Source: an uncultured Gammaproteobacteria bacterium
GTDB taxonomy: Bacteria; Pseudomonadota; Gammaproteobacteria; JAURND01
DNA: 64,000 bases
Direction of reading: 5' to 3'
Assembly: GCA_963714975.1 (NCBI GenBank)
Contig: CAVQQD010000001.1
Location: 192,001 to 256,000, forward strand
The translations under genes were made by a program, and so were the position numbers. Below are positions 1 to 10,452 of this stretch, in pieces. Each line of letters starts with the position of its first letter. Position 1 is the first letter of the stretch. The notes beneath the pieces were generated by a model. It searched no databases. It saw nothing but the letters and a program-made list of their open reading frames with translations, and was not told the DNA's origin.

Positions 1-109
1 CAAAAACGTCATGTGGCTAACTCCGTTATGAGTTGTCATGTGGAAGTTCGGTGACGGATGGCTGAAACATCCGTACCGCGCGCCTCAGGTGTCACCACCT
101 GAGGTTCAC
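1..109 (+). mobile_element. Probable right end of an IS200/IS605-family element (3' tail of tnpB plus omega-RNA-like hairpins)
   Basis: Frame 2 reads KNVMWLTPL-stop, resembling the TnpB C-terminal NAAKNI region. Three hairpins follow (19-34, 54-74, 83-104 CCTCAGGTG-tcac-CACCTGAGG), ending in TTCAC. Element body lies outside the window. Confidence 0.45.
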
Positions 110-176
110 TATTATTCAACGGCTTTTAATTAAAAGCAAGCTTAGGACTCCCCAGTTAGTAAGTATTAAAAAGTAA

Positions 177-1478
177 TTAGTCGTGCACCCAAGCCTCAAT
201 GCCATATAAAGGAATTTCTCTAATAGAACCATGTTGCGAAAAAAGGTGTTCTGCAATTTTTAAACCATAAGGTGAGTTTGGATGCGACTCCAGGTACAGG
301 TGTAGACTGCGCATACGACCCTCTTTGGCGGATTTTACTTCGACAGGAATAATCGCATTATTCTGTTCTACTAAAAAATCAACTTCCGCATTACTACCGC
401 GCGATTCTCGATGCCAATAATATAACCCAGCTTTTTTATGTGACCCACCATAGGCAATTAATTCTTGTGCCACCAGTTGCTCCATAATCGGGCCAATATT
501 CGCAACAGATAGAGAAGTTGATAACCAATTTCGAGTATCCAAACCTAACAATCGTTGTGCTAAACCGATATCAAAGAAAAACATTTTAAATTTTCGTTCA
601 TTACTTTCAGCGCCTAAAGGTTGTTTATGGGCAGAAGTGTGGTAACAATAATGGACGACTCCTGCTTTTTCTAGCAACATTAGGGCGTGTTTTAATGGCA
701 GGGTATGAGTATCGGAATCTATGCTCGTAAATTTAAATTTGCTACCTAATTGTCTTGGAACAGACATCAGTACCTTACTTAAATGAGGAATCTGACGGTT
801 GGTGGCGTATTTATGAAAATCTTGCTGATAGGCTTCTAGGATTTCATCTTGAATTTCGTGACATAAAACTGGATCTTTCTGCTTAAGCCAAGCAGCAACT
901 ACTGCGGGCATTCCTCCCAACCAACAATATATCTTTAAATATTCCAGGATTTTTTGGTGGATCACCGCATCCACTTTCTGCGTTAAAATGTATTGTCTCA
1001 AATCATCACGATCATTAGCGCTTAAAAATTCGGAAAAAGAAAGAGGATAAAGATACATAAATTGCACTCTTCCTACGGGTATGCCAATTTGTTGCAAAAT
1101 AAAATCAATGAGTGAGCCTGCGGCAATGACATGTAATTCTGGGAATTCTTCCTTGAAATAACGTAACGCAACTAGGGCATTAGGACATTCTTGTACTTCA
1201 TCAAAGAATACCAGTGTTTGACCTGGGATTATTTTTTGATGGGCATACAAAGCTAATTTTTCTAAGATGGCAGCTGCCTCTAAATCCCCAGAAAAAATAT
1301 CATGTGCAGTTTGGTCCCTTTCAAAATTAATTTCTAGGTAATTGGCGAATTGCTTGGAAAATTCCCGGACAACCCAGGATTTCCCCACTTGCCTTGCGCC
1401 ACGCAGAATGAGCGGTTTTCGGTAAGGATGGTTGATCCAAGTATTAAGTTCTAAGAGAAGGTCACGGTTCATTTGCAA
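177..1478 (-). CDS. AAA-family ATPase with C-terminal DUF4143 (PD-(D/E)xK-like) domain
   Basis: Walker A GARQVGKS, Walker B FFDEVQ, C-terminal EVDFLVEQ...PVEVKS. Confidence 0.85.
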   Translation of the reverse strand: MQMNRDLLLELNTWINHPYRKPLILRGARQVGKSWVVREFSKQFANYLEINFERDQTAHDIFSGDLEAAAILEKLALYAHQKIIPGQTLVFFDEVQECPNALVALRYFKEEFPELHVIAAGSLIDFILQQIGIPVGRVQFMYLYPLSFSEFLSANDRDDLRQYILTQKVDAVIHQKILEYLKIYCWLGGMPAVVAAWLKQKDPVLCHEIQDEILEAYQQDFHKYATNRQIPHLSKVLMSVPRQLGSKFKFTSIDSDTHTLPLKHALMLLEKAGVVHYCYHTSAHKQPLGAESNERKFKMFFFDIGLAQRLLGLDTRNWLSTSLSVANIGPIMEQLVAQELIAYGGSHKKAGLYYWHRESRGSNAEVDFLVEQNNAIIPVEVKSAKEGRMRSLHLYLESHPNSPYGLKIAEHLFSQHGSIREIPLYGIEAWVHD

Positions 1479-1554
1479 AAAATCAAGGTTATTTTGAACA
1501 AGAACTTACTGAAAATCAGGGTTAATATGAGACGAAACATACTAAAAGTCAAGG

Positions 1555-3303
1555 TTAACCGTCCCTCGGCCTGTCCGCGGGATCCAAGTCCCACACGATC
1601 AACTGCGCGCCTTCTTCCACTAAATCATCGGGTTTAAACAATAACTCTTTAATAGTTCCATCTATGGGTGCATATAAGGTGTGCTGCATTTTCATCGCCT
1701 CTAGCATGAGTAAACGCTCGCCTTTTCGTACCATTTGTCCTGGTTGAATAAATACCGCAGCAACCCTGCTCGGCATTGGAGCCAGGACATGTTGAGCACT
1801 ATCGGTCTCCGCTGCATGTGCTGGGTGATCATTTAGGCTTCGTTCCTGCAAAATATTATACTGCGGCGCCGGTAAGTTTAAGCGCCAGCTATCGCCTAAA
1901 TTCCAAGGGGAATTCGCTAGCTCGGACGTTGCTGTCAGGCGAGGTTCACAGAGCAAATCCTTGTGATGAATCGCAATAAAATTGCTAGTAATTTTCGCTT
2001 GAACAAAAGCAGGATATTGCACTATGGCTTTGAGTAAAGCTAGATTGGTGTGGACCCCATTAATTTGTACTTGCGTTAAAGCTTGAGTCAATTGAGCAAT
2101 GGCCATTTCACGATCATCACCCCAGGCAATCAATTTAGCTAGCAGTGGATCATAGTATATGCTGACCTTATCTCCTGCCTGCACTCCAGTGTCCACTCGC
2201 ACTTGGGAGTTTTCTTGGGGAAATTGGCAGTGTTTTAACACGCCAGTGGCAGGCATAAAATTTTTCCGTGGATTTTCGGCATAAATACGCGCTTCAATAG
2301 CATGGCCTTTGATGTGTAATTCATTTTGCCTAGTAATGGGCAGATTTTCGCCGAATGCGACGCGAATTTGCCATTCGACCAGATCGAGCCCAGTAATCAT
2401 TTCTGTGATGGGATGTTCCACCTGTAAACGCGTGTTCATCTCCATAAAATAAAATTGCTGGTCTGCATCCAAAAGAAATTCGACCGTACCTGCCCCCTCA
2501 TAATGAATAGCACGCGCTGCTTGTACTGCTGCTTCACCGAGTGCTTGACGTAACGTTCCACTGACGCCAGAGGCAGGCGCTTCTTCGATAATTTTTTGTA
2601 AGCGACGCTGAATAGAGCAATCACGCTCAAATAGATAAACGACATGACCATGGGTATCGGCAAAAATTTGTACTTCAATATGGCGAGCTTGTTGCAGATA
2701 TTTCTCAATTAATACCCGATCGTTGCCAAAACTAGCTTTGGCTTCGCTTTTGGCTTGTGCTAAATATTCTGCAAATTCCGTTGCTTGGTTTACTACTCGC
2801 ACCCCTTTACCGCCACCACCGGCGGTAGCTTTAATTAATACCGGGTAACCAATTTGAGTAGCTGCAGCTTGTAAAGTGGTGGGATGCTGATTTTCTGCAT
2901 TGGATCCAGGAATGACGGGCACTCCTGCTGCTTGCATTATTTGTTTTGCGTGGTCTTTTTCACCCATGGCTTGAATCGCTTCGGGAGATGGACCAATAAA
3001 ACAAAATCCAGATTCTTGGCATCGTGCTGCAAAATCAGCATTTTCGGAAAGGAATCCGTATCCAGGATGAATGGCTTCTGCCCCCGCTTCCTTTGCTGCC
3101 TGAATAATAGCAGCGCCATTCAGATAACTTTCCTGCGCAGGCGCGGGACCAATGCAAAAAGCTTCGTCAGCTAATTTAACGTGAGTAGCTTGAGTATCTG
3201 CCGAGGAATACACCACGACGGCCTTAATCCCAAGACGTTTTACGGTTTTGATTATGCGACAAGCAATTTCCCCGCGATTGGCGATTAATATCTTTTTAAA
3301 CAT
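1555..3303 (-). CDS. Acyl-CoA carboxylase alpha subunit (biotin carboxylase + biotin carrier; MCC/PCC-alpha-like)
   Basis: KILIANRGEIA, HPGYGFLSEN, ERDCSIQRR, EMNTRLQVEHP, biotinylation motif EAMKMQ. Confidence 0.9.
   Translation of the reverse strand: MFKKILIANRGEIACRIIKTVKRLGIKAVVVYSSADTQATHVKLADEAFCIGPAPAQESYLNGAAIIQAAKEAGAEAIHPGYGFLSENADFAARCQESGFCFIGPSPEAIQAMGEKDHAKQIMQAAGVPVIPGSNAENQHPTTLQAAATQIGYPVLIKATAGGGGKGVRVVNQATEFAEYLAQAKSEAKASFGNDRVLIEKYLQQARHIEVQIFADTHGHVVYLFERDCSIQRRLQKIIEEAPASGVSGTLRQALGEAAVQAARAIHYEGAGTVEFLLDADQQFYFMEMNTRLQVEHPITEMITGLDLVEWQIRVAFGENLPITRQNELHIKGHAIEARIYAENPRKNFMPATGVLKHCQFPQENSQVRVDTGVQAGDKVSIYYDPLLAKLIAWGDDREMAIAQLTQALTQVQINGVHTNLALLKAIVQYPAFVQAKITSNFIAIHHKDLLCEPRLTATSELANSPWNLGDSWRLNLPAPQYNILQERSLNDHPAHAAETDSAQHVLAPMPSRVAAVFIQPGQMVRKGERLLMLEAMKMQHTLYAPIDGTIKELLFKPDDLVEEGAQLIVWDLDPADRPRDG
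1559..1586. repeat. Single arm of RPE-like palindrome, inside the carboxylase 3' end
   Basis: ccgtccctcggcctgtccgcgggatcc resembles the arms of the 42071-42192 element; encodes DPADRPRDG. Confidence 0.6.
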
Positions 3304-3416
3304 GGCGACAATCTAATATAATCTTTGGGGAATTGCTACGGAAAATGTAACTATTCACCGCATTGCCAAAGTTGGCAAAAACAGGCAGCTATGAGCCGAA
3401 AATTAGGGGCTACGAA

Positions 3417-4076
3417 ATGGAACTACTGCAGCTACTACAAACGATTTTAATCTATGCCATCCCGATTTTATTTGCTATTACCGTCCATGAAGTCGCTCAT
3501 GGCTGGGTGGCTAATAAATTGGGCGACCCCACTGCCCGTCAAGAAGGGCGCTTAACCCTCAATCCACTCAAGCATATCGATTTGATTGGCACGGTAATAG
3601 TGCCACTACTCTTGTTGCTATTTGCTGGTTTTGTTTTTGGTTGGGCAAAGCCGGTACCCGTGAATTGGTCTAACTTACGGCATCCCAAACGGGACTCCGC
3701 GGTGGTGGCAATGGCAGGACCAAGTGCAAACTTGGTGATGACGTTTTTTTGGGCGCTAATTTTAAAATTGGGAACCGTCCTCTATTCTGCTTGGACACCC
3801 GCTACTACTTTAGTCTTGTTGGGTCAAATTGGTATGCAGATAAATTTAGTTCTATTGGTGTTAAATTTAATCCCAATACCCCCGCTGGATGGCAGCCGTG
3901 TAGTTGCGAGCATTCTTCCGGTGCAATTGTCACTCGCTTACAGTCGGCTAGAACCATTTGGGTTTTTTATTTTATTGGCCCTGATTGCTTTTGGCGTACT
4001 GTCGTGGTTGATCCTTCCTGTGGTTATTTATCTGCAGCAGACAATAATGCATTTGCTAGCGATTACCTCTGTCTAG
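3417..4076 (+). CDS. Site-2 protease family (M50) membrane metalloprotease
   Basis: HEVAH zinc motif, NLIPIPPLDG motif, multiple TM segments; ATG at 3417 preferred to the track start at 3363. Confidence 0.9.
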   Translation: MELLQLLQTILIYAIPILFAITVHEVAHGWVANKLGDPTARQEGRLTLNPLKHIDLIGTVIVPLLLLLFAGFVFGWAKPVPVNWSNLRHPKRDSAVVAMAGPSANLVMTFFWALILKLGTVLYSAWTPATTLVLLGQIGMQINLVLLVLNLIPIPPLDGSRVVASILPVQLSLAYSRLEPFGFFILLALIAFGVLSWLILPVVIYLQQTIMHLLAITSV

Positions 4077-4169
4077 AAAAAATCCAGGCGCTAGGGGGAA
4101 ATTATTTTTGTCCTCTACAGAGAAATCCAGGGCCGCCTCAATAATTGTTAATTTTCCTTTAATCTAGCA

Positions 4170-5297
4170 GTGATACAATCTGTTTTTGACGATGAGCAGA
4201 GAGTGTTAAAAATGAGCGAAGAACAGCCCAGGGAATTATGTGAGGCGATCCTACAGGATGATCCAGGCAGAATTAGGGAGATAATTAACTCAAAGAAAGA
4301 GGATGTTAATAAAATATTTAATATATTCCCTCACGACGATTTAGTTCCTTTAACCTATGCAATCATTACAGGAAAACCAAACGCTGTAAAGGCTTTATTA
4401 GCCGTAGAGAATATAATTGTAAACCCCAAAGTAGGGACCTATCCTCCCTTAACTTGCGCAATGCACTATAGGCAATTCGAATGCTTCAAAATTTTATTAA
4501 CCGATCTAAGAGTTGATATCAATGCGTCTGACAAGAGTGAATACAAACACACTCCATTGACTTATAGTATTTGTAATACACGAAAACAATTTTTCGAGGC
4601 TTTATTAGAATCAAAAAGAGAAATTGATGTAAATAAACCTAGTGATTCTCTCATACCCACAGCAATTGAGCTTGCTGTCCAATATCGTGACCTAGATTAT
4701 CTGAAAAAATTATTACGCCAACCCGGAATAAAAGTACAGGGAGCAGCAAACTTATACGACGTTTCTTCACCTCCACTGGCTGAATTAATCAGATCCAAGC
4801 TTGATAATGATCAAAATCTCTCAAGAGCTGATGATTTGAGATTTTTAGAGCAGGCCATTGCATGTGGAAAATCAGATACAAATGAAAATAAATTAACAAC
4901 GCTCAAGCATGGCGGCACTACTTCATCATCAAAATTTTTTTCCAGCTCATCTCCCCCCAAAGATAGTCGCGATGTATTCACAGCTTCCCCTGGCAAATGT
5001 AAACGTGTACTGGGCACTTTCATAGTTGTAGTAACTCCTTTAATTTATATCACTGGGGGTATTGGCATCCCCTTGGGATTTATACGCAAACCTCAAGAGA
5101 CTTATGAAGCATTTGAAAAATTACATTTAAACGGGTTAATAGATAACATTTCGGAATCGACAGTGAACCAAGTGATGGCTGGGATGATAGCGGGGATTAT
5201 CTTCCTTGTATTGTTAGCTAGCGCTTATGCTTTAATTAAGAATAAGCCAGCTCCCACAGCAGGAATTGCGAATGATAATACTGCTTTTTTTTGTTAA
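4170..5297 (+). CDS. Ankyrin-repeat protein with two C-terminal TM helices (effector-like)
   Basis: Repeats PLTYAI/PLTCAM/PLTYSI...DVN/DIN; Ser-rich linker; two hydrophobic helices. Start may be ATG 4212. Confidence 0.8.
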   Translation: MIQSVFDDEQRVLKMSEEQPRELCEAILQDDPGRIREIINSKKEDVNKIFNIFPHDDLVPLTYAIITGKPNAVKALLAVENIIVNPKVGTYPPLTCAMHYRQFECFKILLTDLRVDINASDKSEYKHTPLTYSICNTRKQFFEALLESKREIDVNKPSDSLIPTAIELAVQYRDLDYLKKLLRQPGIKVQGAANLYDVSSPPLAELIRSKLDNDQNLSRADDLRFLEQAIACGKSDTNENKLTTLKHGGTTSSSKFFSSSSPPKDSRDVFTASPGKCKRVLGTFIVVVTPLIYITGGIGIPLGFIRKPQETYEAFEKLHLNGLIDNISESTVNQVMAGMIAGIIFLVLLASAYALIKNKPAPTAGIANDNTAFFC

Positions 5298-5300
5298 AAG

Positions 5301-5662
5301 GCGAGTTAGCCGATAAGCCGGGTTCTGTCGAGGACAATCATTTATCTGGGATGTATGTCACCACACACCTCAAGCAGCCTACCCGGATTCAATGCGGGCC
5401 GCATTTGCGTTGCTATAAATAGCAAGCGTGGATCCCTATTTGGTCTTGCTCCAGATGGGGTTTACCCTGCCACGACTGTTGCCACTCGCGCGGTGCGCTC
5501 TTACCGCACCATTTCACCCTTACCCTCGAAGAGGGCGGTATATTTTCTGTGGCACTTTCCGTAGGCTTGCACCTCCCAGGCGTTACCTGGCGTCTTGCCC
5601 TATGGAGCCCGGACTTTCCTCTACTCTGAGGTATTCAGAATAGCGACTGTCTAGCTAACTCG
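5301..5662 (-). ncRNA. rnpB: RNase P RNA, class A
   Basis: Minus strand contains GAGGAAAGTCCGGGCTCC and the 3' ACAGAACCCGGCTTA; the termini pair (P1). Confidence 0.97.
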
Positions 5663-5700
5663 GGTTGGCAGTCTAGCATGAAGCTGTGCTAAAGGGGAAG

Positions 5701-6315
5701 CTAGGAGCACGGCGCCCGAGGCACTTGCTCCACTACACGAGAAGATTGCAAATCGAATATTACAATTCGTTTCAGGGGAATGTCCCAAGGTTGCGGGGTC
5801 AGCAAAGGTGTTTGTTGCAACGAATAAGCTAAGCCCACCAATTCCGGCTTTTGGTGATGTAACCGATAGCGTAAATAAGCAAAAGTTTTATCATAATAAC
5901 CTTTTCCAGAACCAAGACGATTGCCTCGCTCGTCAAATCCAACTAAAGGAGTAATGACTATATCCAATGCAAAAGGCTTGCAGGGATAATTCCGATTTAA
6001 ATAGGGCTCCAAGATACCATAGCGATTATGAATAAGTGGCTCATCTGAGCGATAGCGGACAAACCAAAGCGGCTGGTTTTTTAGCGGGTGACAAATGGGT
6101 AAATAACAAGCTTTACCCATAGTAAAAGCGCGTTCCAGCAGCGGGCTGGGATCAATTTCACCGCGGGTTGGTAAATAAAACCCAATGCGATCACTGCGTT
6201 GAAACCAAGCAGTACTGGCGATATACCCACATAGGCTAGCAGAGGCTAAGAGACGTTGAGAAAAAGAAAGCTGACGACGTTTAGCTAATAAAACTTGTCT
6301 TATTGGCTGGGTCAC
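5701..6315 (-). CDS. ygfA: 5-formyltetrahydrofolate cyclo-ligase
   Basis: PLVGFDERGNRLGSGKGYYD motif; conserved position downstream of 6S RNA. Confidence 0.92.
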   Translation of the reverse strand: MTQPIRQVLLAKRRQLSFSQRLLASASLCGYIASTAWFQRSDRIGFYLPTRGEIDPSPLLERAFTMGKACYLPICHPLKNQPLWFVRYRSDEPLIHNRYGILEPYLNRNYPCKPFALDIVITPLVGFDERGNRLGSGKGYYDKTFAYLRYRLHHQKPELVGLAYSLQQTPLLTPQPWDIPLKRIVIFDLQSSRVVEQVPRAPCS

Positions 6316-6320
6316 TGCGT

Positions 6321-6495
6321 GCCTCCAGAGTACCGCCGCAGGGGGATCTTCTGAACCATTAAGTTCAGGTGGGGATATCGGATATGCATCAGGCTTAACC
6401 TACGCAGGTCATGCTCAACAGCAATATTCACGCAAAACCCCAAGGATCAAATATTGGTTCAAGAATAGTCACCTACTCGCAAATACCACAGAGGC
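6321..6495 (-). ncRNA. ssrS: 6S RNA
   Basis: Lies between zapA and ygfA; termini pair; contains TGAGCATG, CACCTGAAC...GGTTCAG and CCTGCGGCGG as in gammaproteobacterial 6S. Confidence 0.9.
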
Positions 6496-6515
6496 GGGGC
6501 TCATTATACTGGAGA

Positions 6516-6788
6516 TCATTCAATGGGAGAAGGAATACTTGCTTTGGTAATCATTGCGTAGAGTTTTTCTAGGCGCTGATTGGTGGATAACAATTCATGA
6601 GCCAGATTTAGCGCCGTAATCACCACGAGTTTCTCTATATTTAATATCTTATTAGAATTTTGCGTGTCACACAGTTTTGTTTCTAAGTATTGAGCGCAAG
6701 CGCGGAGCTCGGCAATGTTTTCCTGCTGACATTTAATTTGATACTCTTTACCCAATAGAATCAGAGAAATAACGTTAGCTTCACTCAT
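6516..6788 (-). CDS. zapA: Cell division protein ZapA
   Basis: ILLGKEYQIKC...VITALNLAHELL; synteny with 6S RNA. Confidence 0.85.
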   Translation of the reverse strand: MSEANVISLILLGKEYQIKCQQENIAELRACAQYLETKLCDTQNSNKILNIEKLVVITALNLAHELLSTNQRLEKLYAMITKASIPSPIE

Positions 6789-6993
6789 GAATGTTTTCCT
6801 TTAAATGGCTAATGGTGGTTTTTATTTTTTTTATCGCCAGCTGATTGGTTTCTATCAGTTTTTCATGCTCATTTTTTAAGCTGGCAAGTTGCTGGCGCAA
6901 TTGTTGATTTTCGCACGATAATTGCTGAAGTTGATTGATTAATTTTTCCAACTGAAGTTCTAGGTTATCAAAAAGCAAAGCAGACATAATCAT
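6781..6993 (-). CDS. Short coiled-coil protein upstream of zapA (ZapB-like/TIGR02449-like)
   Basis: Heptad coiled coil; overlaps zapA start. Confidence 0.7.
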   Translation of the reverse strand: MIMSALLFDNLELQLEKLINQLQQLSCENQQLRQQLASLKNEHEKLIETNQLAIKKIKTTISHLKENIHE

Positions 6994-7007
6994 TCGCTAG
7001 AGAAAGT

Positions 7008-7037
7008 CAGCAGCCTGGAAAAAATAACAGGCTGCCG
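7008..7037 (-). terminator. Probable hairpin terminator after the HU gene
   Basis: gcagcctg...caggctgc stem just downstream of the stop; U-tract weak. Confidence 0.45.
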
Positions 7038-7054
7038 ACCCAGTTTTTCGTGGC

Positions 7055-7474
7055 TTAAGAGACAATTTCTTTTAACTTTTTGAGTGGACGAATCTTTAAT
7101 ACGTTGCGAGCAGGTTTAGCAGGGAAAACTGTGGGTTGACCATTGAAAGGATTAATACCGCTGCGAGCTTTGGTAGCGGGTTTGCGGATAACTCGACACT
7201 TAAAAAGACCTGCAAAGTTGAATTCGCCCGGTCCTTTTGAGCTTAAATGAGCTTCCATGAGATGAACCACATGATCTAAGAGATTTTCAATTTCTTTTTT
7301 CTTAATATCTGTGAAAGATGCTAAGTGACTCATAATTTGCGACTTGGTGTAAGGCTTTTTGATCGATAAGGCTGCTTTTTTTACGGTTCCTTTCGGTTTA
7401 GCTATGGATTTGGTTTTAGTGGCTGCTTTCTGTGCAGGTTTTTTAGCCGCTTTTTTGGCTTTTTTAGCTACCAT
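7055..7474 (-). CDS. HU-family DNA-binding protein with Lys/Ala-rich N-terminal extension
   Basis: KPATKARSGINPFNGQ...PAKPARNVLKIRPLKKLKE; histone-H1-like N-terminus. Confidence 0.88.
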   Translation of the reverse strand: MVAKKAKKAAKKPAQKAATKTKSIAKPKGTVKKAALSIKKPYTKSQIMSHLASFTDIKKKEIENLLDHVVHLMEAHLSSKGPGEFNFAGLFKCRVIRKPATKARSGINPFNGQPTVFPAKPARNVLKIRPLKKLKEIVS

Positions 7475-7617
7475 AAGTAAAAACTCCTCTAAAGTTGATG
7501 GAATGGGGTGACCCTAGTTACTTTTGTCCTATAAAAATAGGGCATTCAGATACTAAATCTAGATTCAGGCGAAACATACCACTTATGTAAGGAATTTGCA
7601 CGTAAATTATTGTAATA

Positions 7618-7660
7618 AAATCCCCCCTACCCCTCTTTGGAAAAGGGGGGTAGGGGGGGT
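7618..7660. repeat. REP-like palindrome, family B (CCCCCTTT...AAAGGGGGG)
   Basis: aaatcccccctacccctctttggaaaaggggggtagggggg; inverted relative found at 24347-24380. Confidence 0.75.
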
Positions 7661-7661
7661 T

Positions 7662-9263
7662 TTATTTTAACGCTCGATAGCGTCTTATAAGTTTATTAGT
7701 AGAGCTATCGTGCTCAAGCTCTGGTTCTGCAGGGCTTTCAAGCTCAGGAATGATGCACGCAGCAAGTTCTTTGCCTAACTCTACTCCCCACTGATCAAAA
7801 GAGTTGATTTGCCAAATGACTCCCTGGGTAAACACGCTATGTTCATAGAGTGCAACTAATTTGCCTAAATTAGCCGGCGTTAGTACATCCATGAACAAAA
7901 TACTGGAGGGGCGATTGCCGCTAAAACTGCGGTATGGTTCAGCATTTTCAATTTTGCCAAACGCTAAGGCTTCTGCTTGAGCCAGCATATTGGCAATCAA
8001 CAAATCATGGTGGCGACCCAGTGGGTTTAGTGATTTGCCAAAAGCAATAAAGTCGCAGGGAATGAGCTTGGTGCCCTGATGGATTAATTGATAAAACGAA
8101 TGCTGTCCGTTGGTTCCAGGTTCTCCCCAATAAATAGGTCCAGTTTGATAATTTACTGTTTTTCCCGTCAAAGTCGTAGATTTACCGTTACTTTCCATAG
8201 TTAATTGCTGCAAATAGGCTGGAAAATACTTCAGATATTGTTCATAGGGCAGTACCGCTACCGTCTCCGTCTGAAAAAAATTGTTGTACCAAATACTAAT
8301 CAATGCCATCAACACGGGTAAATTTTGACTAAAAGGCGCTGTGCGAAAATGTTCATCCATTTGATGAAAGCCATCTAGCATCTCATAAAAGTGGTCTGGA
8401 CCGATCGCAATCATAGTAGAAAGGCCAATTGCAGAATCCATGGAGTAACGGCCGCCCACCCAATCCCAAAACTCAAACATATGATTAATATCAATCCCAA
8501 ATTCTTGTACCAGCTGCGCATTAGTTGAAACGGCAACAAAATGCCTAGCAATCGCCGGAGTATCTTTTAATCTAGCGAGTAACCAATCACGCGCGGTACG
8601 AGCATTGGTCATCGTTTCCAGCGTGGTAAAGGTTTTGGAGGAAATAATAAATAAGGTTTCTTCTGGATTCAGATCCTGAGTGGCTTCGACAAAATCGGTG
8701 CTATCGACATTGGAAATAAACCGGAAATTAAGATTACGCTGGCTATAGTGGCGTAAAGCTTCATAGCTCATTGCCGGACCTAGCTCAGAGCCACCAATGC
8801 CAATATTAATGATATTACGCACTGGTTTACCGGTGTACCCTTGCCATTCCCCTGCACGTACTTGCCTGGCAAATGCCGACATTTTTTGCAAAACCGCATG
8901 AACCTGAGCCACCACATCAACCCCATCAACCCACAGGGAGCTTGCGCTAGGTAATCGTAATGCCACATGCAACACCGGGCGCTGCTCCGTGACATTGATT
9001 TTCGCCCCTTGAAACATAGCTTCGATATGAGATGCTAGTTGAGATTCTTCAGCGAGCTGAATGAGTAATTGCAAGGTTTGCTGGTTGAGTCGGTGCTTAG
9101 AATAATCAAAGTAAATGCCCACTGCTTCAACCGCCATGGATTCCCCACGCTTAGGATCTTCAGCAAATAGCTGACGCAGGTGAACATCACGCATTTGTGT
9201 ATAATGCGCATTCAGCGCCTGCCATGCATGCAACTTTGTGGGCAAAAGGGGTTCTATGATCAT
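7662..9263 (-). CDS. pgi: Glucose-6-phosphate isomerase
   Basis: [39 protein letters not shown]; ATG 9263 preferred. Confidence 0.96.
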   Translation of the reverse strand: MIIEPLLPTKLHAWQALNAHYTQMRDVHLRQLFAEDPKRGESMAVEAVGIYFDYSKHRLNQQTLQLLIQLAEESQLASHIEAMFQGAKINVTEQRPVLHVALRLPSASSLWVDGVDVVAQVHAVLQKMSAFARQVRAGEWQGYTGKPVRNIINIGIGGSELGPAMSYEALRHYSQRNLNFRFISNVDSTDFVEATQDLNPEETLFIISSKTFTTLETMTNARTARDWLLARLKDTPAIARHFVAVSTNAQLVQEFGIDINHMFEFWDWVGGRYSMDSAIGLSTMIAIGPDHFYEMLDGFHQMDEHFRTAPFSQNLPVLMALISIWYNNFFQTETVAVLPYEQYLKYFPAYLQQLTMESNGKSTTLTGKTVNYQTGPIYWGEPGTNGQHSFYQLIHQGTKLIPCDFIAFGKSLNPLGRHHDLLIANMLAQAEALAFGKIENAEPYRSFSGNRPSSILFMDVLTPANLGKLVALYEHSVFTQGVIWQINSFDQWGVELGKELAACIIPELESPAEPELEHDSSTNKLIRRYRALK

Positions 9264-9380
9264 TTGAGGCTCCTCTAAAAAGCAAAATTGTAGCACCTCG
9301 TAGACAAGCTGCCACTTGTTTCTTTTGAGTGACTAGGGTAAGATTTGCTCCCTTTTTAGTCTTTATTGGAGTCAATGGTT

Positions 9381-9818
9381 ATGCGAACGTACAGCGCCAA
9401 TGCGGCCACTGCCACGCAACAATGGGTTCTAGTTGATGCCAGCAATCAAATCTTAGGTCGTTTGGCCTCGAAGATTGCCCATCGATTGCGAGGAAAACAT
9501 AAGGCAATTTATACCCCTCATGTTGATACAGGAGATTTCATCGTCGTCATCAACGCTGAGAAACTTACTGTCACTGGCAATAAACGCCAGGATAAAATGT
9601 ACCACCACAACACCGGCTACCCAGGAGGGATGCGCTCAATTAATTTTAAAGACCGCATGGCGAAAAAGCCGGTGACAATATTAGAACACGCCGTCAAAGG
9701 TATGCTACCCAAAGGTCCTTTGGGAGCAAAAATGTTTAGCAAATTGAAAGTTTATGTGGGCTCTAAGCATCCCCATCAAGCACAAGCTCCACAACCCTTA
9801 GCAGAGAAAGAGGCATAA
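9381..9818 (+). CDS. rplM: 50S ribosomal protein L13
   Basis: [32 protein letters not shown]. Confidence 0.97.
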   Translation: MRTYSANAATATQQWVLVDASNQILGRLASKIAHRLRGKHKAIYTPHVDTGDFIVVINAEKLTVTGNKRQDKMYHHNTGYPGGMRSINFKDRMAKKPVTILEHAVKGMLPKGPLGAKMFSKLKVYVGSKHPHQAQAPQPLAEKEA

Positions 9819-9819
9819 A

Positions 9820-10251
9820 ATGGCAACAGCTATTAACCAAAATTATGGCACTGGTCGCCGCAAAACAGCTACCGCACGGGTTTTTGTTAGACCAGGCCGT
9901 GGCAACATTATGATTAATCATCGTGCCTTAGACCAATACTTTGGTCGCGAAACCTCGCGCATGATCGTGCGCCAACCTTTAGTGCTGTTGGATATTTTAA
10001 ATAAATTTGACCTATACATCACGGTTAAAGGTGGCGGAGGTAGTGGTCAAGCAGGCGCTATTCGTCACGGTATTGCCCGAGCACTAATTGAATACGACGA
10101 ACAAGAAGGCAATGATCGGTCTGAGTCTGATTCCTCTTGGCGAAAACTATTACGTCGCGCTGGATTTGTCACCCGTAATTCCCGCATGGTAGAAAGAAAG
10201 AAGATCGGCTTACACAAAGCGAGAAAGAGACCGCAATACTCTAAACGCTAG
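9820..10251 (+). CDS. rpsI: 30S ribosomal protein S9
   Basis: [26 protein letters not shown]...[10 protein letters not shown]. Confidence 0.97.
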   Translation: MATAINQNYGTGRRKTATARVFVRPGRGNIMINHRALDQYFGRETSRMIVRQPLVLLDILNKFDLYITVKGGGGSGQAGAIRHGIARALIEYDEQEGNDRSESDSSWRKLLRRAGFVTRNSRMVERKKIGLHKARKRPQYSKR

Positions 10252-10274
10252 AACCATAAATCTCCGGCATTATT

Positions 10275-10319
10275 CCTTCTGCCCTTGCGGGAGAAGGTGG
10301 CCGTAGGCCGGATGAGGGG
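10275..10319. repeat. REP-like palindrome, family A (CCTTCTCCC...GGGAGAAGG...GATGAGGGG)
   Basis: Near-identical units at 47590, 48289, 49622 (inverted), 51309 and 59478. Confidence 0.85.
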
Positions 10320-10347
10320 CTTAGGAGAGGGGGGGGGGATATATCCT

Positions 10348-10421
10348 TGGGGGATCGTCTAGCGGTAGGACTGTGGACTCTGACTCCACCAACCTAGGTT
10401 CGAATCCTAGTCCCCCAGCCA
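10348..10421 (+). tRNA. tRNA-Gln (anticodon CTG)
   Basis: Acceptor TGGGGGA/TCCCCCA, anticodon arm GTGGA-CTCTGAC-TCCAC, T-loop GGTTCGAATCC, encoded CCA. Confidence 0.97.
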
Positions 10422-10452
10422 TCATTGAAAATAAGAAAATTAGGAGAACAAA

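Noticed and set aside
5355-5643. Two short plus-strand ORFs
   Set aside because: Antisense shadows of RNase P RNA.
10090-10145. Insertion in ribosomal protein S9 ([12 protein letters not shown])
   Set aside because: Not repeat-derived, and I recall similar acidic insertions at this site in related gammaproteobacterial S9 proteins, so probably not novel.
10348-10421. tRNA-Gln as an integration site
   Set aside because: No duplicated tRNA 3' end or integrase seen; sspA follows directly in conserved order.
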